12,997 nt of DNA. Origin: Azolla caroliniana (taxonomy: Eukaryota; Plantae; Polypodiophyta). Shown here one piece after another: positions 8,585-12,997 of this stretch (the first letter of the stretch is position 1; every line of letters starts with the position of its first letter). The notes beneath the pieces are model-generated. The model worked only from the letters and a program-made list of their open reading frames with translations, did not search any database and had not been told where the DNA came from. The stretch lies in contig JBHGNT010001007.1 of assembly GCA_043228905.1 (NCBI GenBank), positions 1-12,997 of the forward strand, given 5' to 3'. Position numbers and translations under genes: made by a program.

Positions 8585-8660
<76 letters not shown>
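8585..8660. repeat. (TC)38 microsatellite
   Basis: Perfect 76-bp dinucleotide tract at the 5' junction of LINE B. Confidence 0.98.
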
Positions 8661-8663
<3 letters not shown>

Positions 8664-10695
8664 GACTTCAAGAAAGCTTTTGATATGGTACCTCATGAGC
8701 ATCTTTGGAGGCGAATGGAAGAACTTTAGTTGCTAAGTGAATATATGCTTGCAATTTCTCGAATTTATGAGAAGGTTATATGTTGTGTGCGTATGAGAGA
8801 TAAACTTTCAGATTTTATCAAAAGCACTATTGGTGTTAAGCAATGATGCCCACTCTCACTAACACTATTTGGTCTATGCATTGATGAATTGGAAGAAATG
8901 GTTACCAAGTTTGCAAAGGAAGAATGTGTTAAAGAAGTTGCCATTGGGAATAACAATCGGCAACAATTCAGTTTGAACCGAACCGAACCGCGGTTTAATG
9001 GTTGAACGGTTTCAACGGTCCGGTTCGGTTTCAACAGTCAAAAATTGCGATTTAAACGCTTTTTTCTTTTTTCTTTTTTCTTTTTTTATTTTTATTTTTA
9101 AAAATTTTAATAAAAATTCTAAAAAATTTAACAATTTTTTTTAAACAATCTTTTCATTTTTAGACCTTATTCTCACATTTTAGGAACATCTTAAAAATTT
9201 TAAAAATTTGACCTATGTTGAAAACTGAAACTGAACCATGAAACCGCGGTTTTTATGGTTTAACAGTTTGAAAATTGTTTAACGGTTTCATGGTTCAGGT
9301 TTCAAAAAGTTTAAACGGTTCGGTTTGGACCCTCTCAAACCGAACCAAACCGTTGTTGATTGTTAATTGGGAATGTTGTGATTATGCTTTTGCCATATGC
9401 AGATGATGTAGTGCTTTTTGCAAATACTTTAGGAGATGCACAAAAGTTTATGAAGGCATTGGAAAAAATTTGCATGCATACTAAATTAAGTGGCAATAGC
9501 TCTAAAACAAAGATTATGCTTGTGAAGAGCCAAAAATGAGATAAACAATGCATTATGTACAACAATGAGCCACTTGAATGTGTGGAAAGCTTCAAATATC
9601 TTGGCCTTGAAGTTCCTTCAAATCATAGATGGAATGAATGTGCTACACGCCGCTTAGAGGCAGGTAAGCGAGCATACTATGCATTTAAGAACACATGCAA
9701 TCTTGGAGATATTAAGTGTCGGGTCCTCAAGAAATATCTTTTTGACACTTTGGTGACACCGGTTCTTCTCTATGGGGCGGTAGCATCCCTAAATCTATGC
9801 GGAAAGAGTTTGAAAATGTCCAAAAACATTTTCTTAGAAAGTTTCTACAAGTTAAGAAACAAACACCCTATACCCTCCTCCTCCTTGAGACGGGATCGCT
9901 TCCCATTGAGATCATGGCCATGTAAAGGGTTGTTGAATACATGCGTAAGGTTCAAAAATGTCCCTCATGTCGACTTCTTAGAATTGCATGGGAAGCAAGC
10001 AAAAAGATCCAAAAGATGCATAAAAGCAAAATTTTGTGTTCCGGTTGAATGCAAGATATAGAAAAATGGTTTGGTAGATGGGATGTGAGACACTTGCTTC
10101 ATGATGCATCACTAGATTCCTTTGTAAATGAGGTCCTTTTGCAACACTAATGTATCATGACATGGGACAATGTGGAGGCTCACGCATCACACATTATACT
10201 ACACCCAAAATACACATGTTGAACCTAACTACAAAACCATATTCTTTGCAGAACGGGGAAACCATACATATAGATACATGTTAGAGCCCATACCGTTATC
10301 TGCCATTCGAACCATTGCTTCCATGCGACTTAGCTCACATGCATTGCGATGTGAGACAGGGCGTTGGGGCACAAGTGATGAGAGTGGTCGGTTATGCACA
10401 CTTTGCCCTAAACAAGTTCTCGAGTCTGAGTATCACACTTTGATACAATGCTCTGCCTTTGATCATATTCGACCATGCTTTCCACACCTCTTCGACCGAG
10501 CCCAATCCTTGCATGAATTCCTCTCACAACCACAATGTGCACTCTCGATTGCAACATTCATTGGTAAAGTTCTTGAACATCGAGAGTCACTACTCACTTT
10601 CACACGTATCATGTGAAATGTAATCTTTTTGGTCTCATAGGTCATATTTGACATCCGAAGATGATAATATAATCTATCTATCTATCTATCTATCT
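8661..10695 (+). mobile_element. LINE B: 5'-truncated, decayed RTE/RTEX-like non-LTR retrotransposon interrupted by a MITE
   Basis: VDFKKAFDMVPH; GVKQ*CPLSLTLF; LLPYADDVVL; FKYLGL; LFDTLVTPVLLYG; RLSSHALRCETGRW...LCTLC...ESEYHTLIQC. ORF2 stop at 10614-10616, short 3' UTR, (ATCT)6 tail at 10672-10695. Confidence 0.93.
8951..9365. mobile_element. Non-autonomous hAT-type DNA transposon / MITE (415 bp)
   Basis: 8-bp TSD ATTGGGAA (8943-8950 and 9366-9373). TIRs TAACAATCGGCAAC / GTTGTTGATTGTTA match at 12/14. Many subterminal AACCG/CGGTT motifs and an AT-rich core. Excision restores the RT frame EVAIGNVVIMLLPYADD. Confidence 0.93.
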
Positions 10696-12004
10696 CCATG
10701 GGTCAATATTGGCTTCTCTATCAATGCTAAAAATATCTATCTCTCTATTTCTCTCTCCATGTTGTAACTTGTGACAAAAATGTTCAGACCAAATAGTCAT
10801 TATCATCGGGAGGTGGACATTGAATCCCAACTCTCCAAGACTTAAATATTTTTAAGTATTTAATATTTCCATAACATTCATGGTATCACATAAAGGTACT
10901 TGGGTAGCTTATATTCTAAAACTACTACTTCCTAACTATATAGGGGACCACATTATTCAAAATGCAATCCTCGTCGGATTCCTTTAATTCTAGTATTTAT
11001 ATTTGTTTCTAGCGCTCGATAAATGGGTAAGAGAGACATAACCTAAGATTAGATTTCATATTGACAACATATATGAAACATCGCACACCTCATTGAAACA
11101 TAACTAAATACAAGGTACATGTTCCACAACTTCTCAAGCTAAAATGTTCCACAAGTAATCGTAATCTATTAGCTAATGCAAAATAGGAGAATAAGCTTTA
11201 TTAAAAAATTAAAGGGCATTGTGTAAAAGAAACTAAGAAATAGAAATCACATATATTTAGCTCAAACCAACACAAAACACAAATTCATGTCGTTTACTAA
11301 ACTAATAGTCTCAATTATTATCATCTTTGAACCAATATATGTTCACAAAGAGTTTGGAGTAGCATTCATGTTGAAAACAAAATTCTTTCCCGACTCAATT
11401 ACTCTGATGCATATTATTTCCGTCAAATACATATCTCAAGAGGTGTGCGATATATCATGTGTTTATATCTTTGTCAATGCATTATTAGCAAAGCAAGATG
11501 TTTTACTTTCTTAGATAGGACTATATTGTTGTTCGACACCTAATTTCAACATGATCGCAAAAACTGAAATGTAATTTATTTAGTTAAAACAAGTAGACTT
11601 CAAACTTTACAAAGTACTTAGATAAGCAAATTCATAATGCTATTTCATAACTTCTTTCTTGCCCCTTACAGAATTCATTGTTATAATTTCAAGATTCATT
11701 CATAAGACTATGCTATGGTTCGATAGTAGGGACAACGAGGCATTCTTCTCGTATACATGTACTTGCAATGAAATAAGCAGAAAAAAATAAAACTCTCATC
11801 AATTAGCTAGAAATGTTTTCTTTGCAATCATACAAGCCCAAATTTGAGTTTGATCTCATATAAGTAATAGAAAGAGACATCCATCTCTGGTACTGAAAGG
11901 TGGTATAAACAAGATTGGTAAAACGACAATATCATCTCTATTAGCATCATCAATGTACACTACTTGTAATGGTGGACGGACTTTCTTGAGAGGGATTGAG
12001 GTTG

Positions 12005-12123
12005 TTATTGAACTTCAAGCAATTTGTTGTTGTCAAAGTGTGAAATATCACTCGATTTGCTAGTCAATGAAATATCACTTGTGCTATTATTGCTCACAAC
12101 ATAGTTATCACCTTTCGAACCTT
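12005..12123 (-). CDS. CCDC13: Probable last coding exon of the CCDC13-like gene
   Basis: Acceptor TTGTTTTCAG is phase 1 and matches the upstream donor. Encodes (E)GSKGDNYVVSNN...KLLEVQ*. Low-complexity tail, so support is from splice geometry only. Confidence 0.55.
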
Positions 12124-12213
12124 CTGAAAACAATGTCAATATTGAAGATTGATAAGAAACAGATTTCTCATTTCCAAATCCCATAAAAATAAACATGAGA
12201 AAATATTTCTTAC

Positions 12214-12286
12214 CTTCCTCATGTTGAGATGATGTGATGGCACGAAGATATTCTATAAGTTCTGCTTGAGCTTGGATTTGCAACTC
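12214..12286 (-). CDS. CCDC13: Exon of the CCDC13-like gene
   Basis: Acceptor CAATAG and donor G/GTAAG. 73 nt encoding ELQIQAQAELIEYLRAITSSQHEE, flanked by 88- and 90-nt GT-AG introns. Confidence 0.72.
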
Positions 12287-12374
12287 CTATTGACAAGCAT
12301 ACATTTTTGTTTAAGTTCTTTGTGGATATTAACAAATAACATCACATTTTGACAATGGAGAGTTTGGATAAAAC

Positions 12375-12494
12375 CTGCTGATAGCAGTGCCTTTTTAGTT
12401 CATTGAAAGAGGCTGCAAGCCGATGTTGACGTTGTAACAAATCCAAACTAAGAGGACCTCCAACTTTTTGGCCATATAATACAGGCCCTTGACC
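12375..12494 (-). CDS. CCDC13: Exon of the CCDC13-like gene (5' boundary uncertain)
   Basis: Ends ...LLQRQHRLAASFNELKRHCYQQ at a phase-0 CAG/GT donor and joins the next exon in frame as a continuous coiled coil. The phase-compatible acceptor chosen is a weak AAG at 12497-12495. Confidence 0.55.
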
Positions 12495-12775
12495 CTTCAT
12501 AAGACATGCCCTTAGTGAGTACCTTCTTGAATTGGACACCAACTTTAAGGTCACTGATGATACATTCCAATGCATTGAACCCAAACTAGAACACTCCAAG
12601 TAGATTGCCAACCAAGAAGTTGTGTGTTTAAAACAGCACCACCAATACAATATTCCTTCATAAATGCAAATGGGGTGCTCTAGGTTCAACATCAGTGGGA
12701 TAGATGACCATCGGATCCGGGTCTTAGGCATTCAGATTAATTTGGGGTTATCTCGGATTTACAAATAGGATCAAG

Positions 12776-12839
12776 TATACAACAATCATTATAAGTGATA
12801 ACAATTCAAAAGTTATACAACAATCATTATAAGTGATAA
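12776..12839. repeat. Intronic tandem duplication, 38-bp period
   Basis: TATACAACAATCATTATAAGTGATAA is identical at 12776-12801 and 12814-12839. A partial third TATAAGTGAT follows. Confidence 0.9.
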
Positions 12840-12898
12840 AAATTGTATATAAGTGATCAAATTTGTATGCAAAAACACCAGATACATTTTTCATGTAC

Positions 12899-12997
12899 CT
12901 GCTTTTGTGCCTCGACTTCAAGTCGAAGAGCATTTATTAACCTATCATCATTGTCACTTTTTCCAATCAGCATGGCCATCTTTTCCTTTGCAACCTT
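12899..12997 (-). CDS. CCDC13: Exon of a coiled-coil protein, probable CCDC13 homolog (continues beyond the window)
   Basis: KVAKEKMAMLIGKSDNDDRLINALRLEVEAQKQ then a CAG/GTACAT donor. The pattern K..K..M..L..K...DD.LI.AL matches the conserved CCDC13 block as I recall it; not confirmed by search. Confidence 0.68.

Noticed and set aside
8376-8702. RE-repeat protein ORFs on minus
   Set aside because: Artefacts of the stop-free (GA)38 tract joining LINE B antisense to L1 remnants.
8975-9352. AACCG repeats as a CRISPR array or iterons
   Set aside because: Short, irregular, in both orientations and inside TIRs with a TSD. These are transposon subterminal motifs in eukaryotic DNA.
11287-11514. 75-aa plus-strand ORF
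   Set aside because: AT-rich with no motif, and probably antisense to the host gene's 3' region.
11670-11762. Possible extra minus-strand exon (TTGCAAG ... GTAAG)
   Set aside because: Splice-like signals only, downstream of the predicted stop. Cannot be supported without RNA data.
12495-12731. N-terminal part of the 129-aa minus ORF as a coding region
   Set aside because: W/C-rich and does not fit the coiled coil. More likely intronic, although the true acceptor position is uncertain.

Overview
Eukaryotic nuclear DNA, most likely from a non-seed land plant (bryophyte/lycophyte/fern-like; inferred from the element types and a ciliary gene). About 10.7 kb is a nest of transposons next to the 3' end of a host gene. 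From left to right: (1) the 5' LTR (96-773, minus), tRNA-Trp PBS and probable gag start of an LTR retrotransposon inserted into (2) a Ty1/copia integrase fragment (774-1251, minus); (3) a 5'-truncated RTE/RTEX-like LINE (about 1375-7569) split by (4) a structurally complete 4447-bp Tcn1-like Ty3/gypsy chromovirus (1743-6189, TSD ATTAG, 439-bp LTRs) that lacks RT and most of RNase H; (5) an old L1-clade LINE fragment (minus); (6) a (TC)38 tract and a second RTE/RTEX-like LINE (8661-10695) split by (7) a 415-bp hAT-type MITE with an 8-bp TSD; (8) the last exons of a probable CCDC13 homolog (minus). The most notable object is the chromovirus LTR. It combines a 10-unit heat-shock-element array abutting the TATA box, a tRNA-independent self-priming PBS, and an outward-facing tRNA-like Pol III A/B-box. 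All family assignments come from motif recognition by eye; no searches were run.
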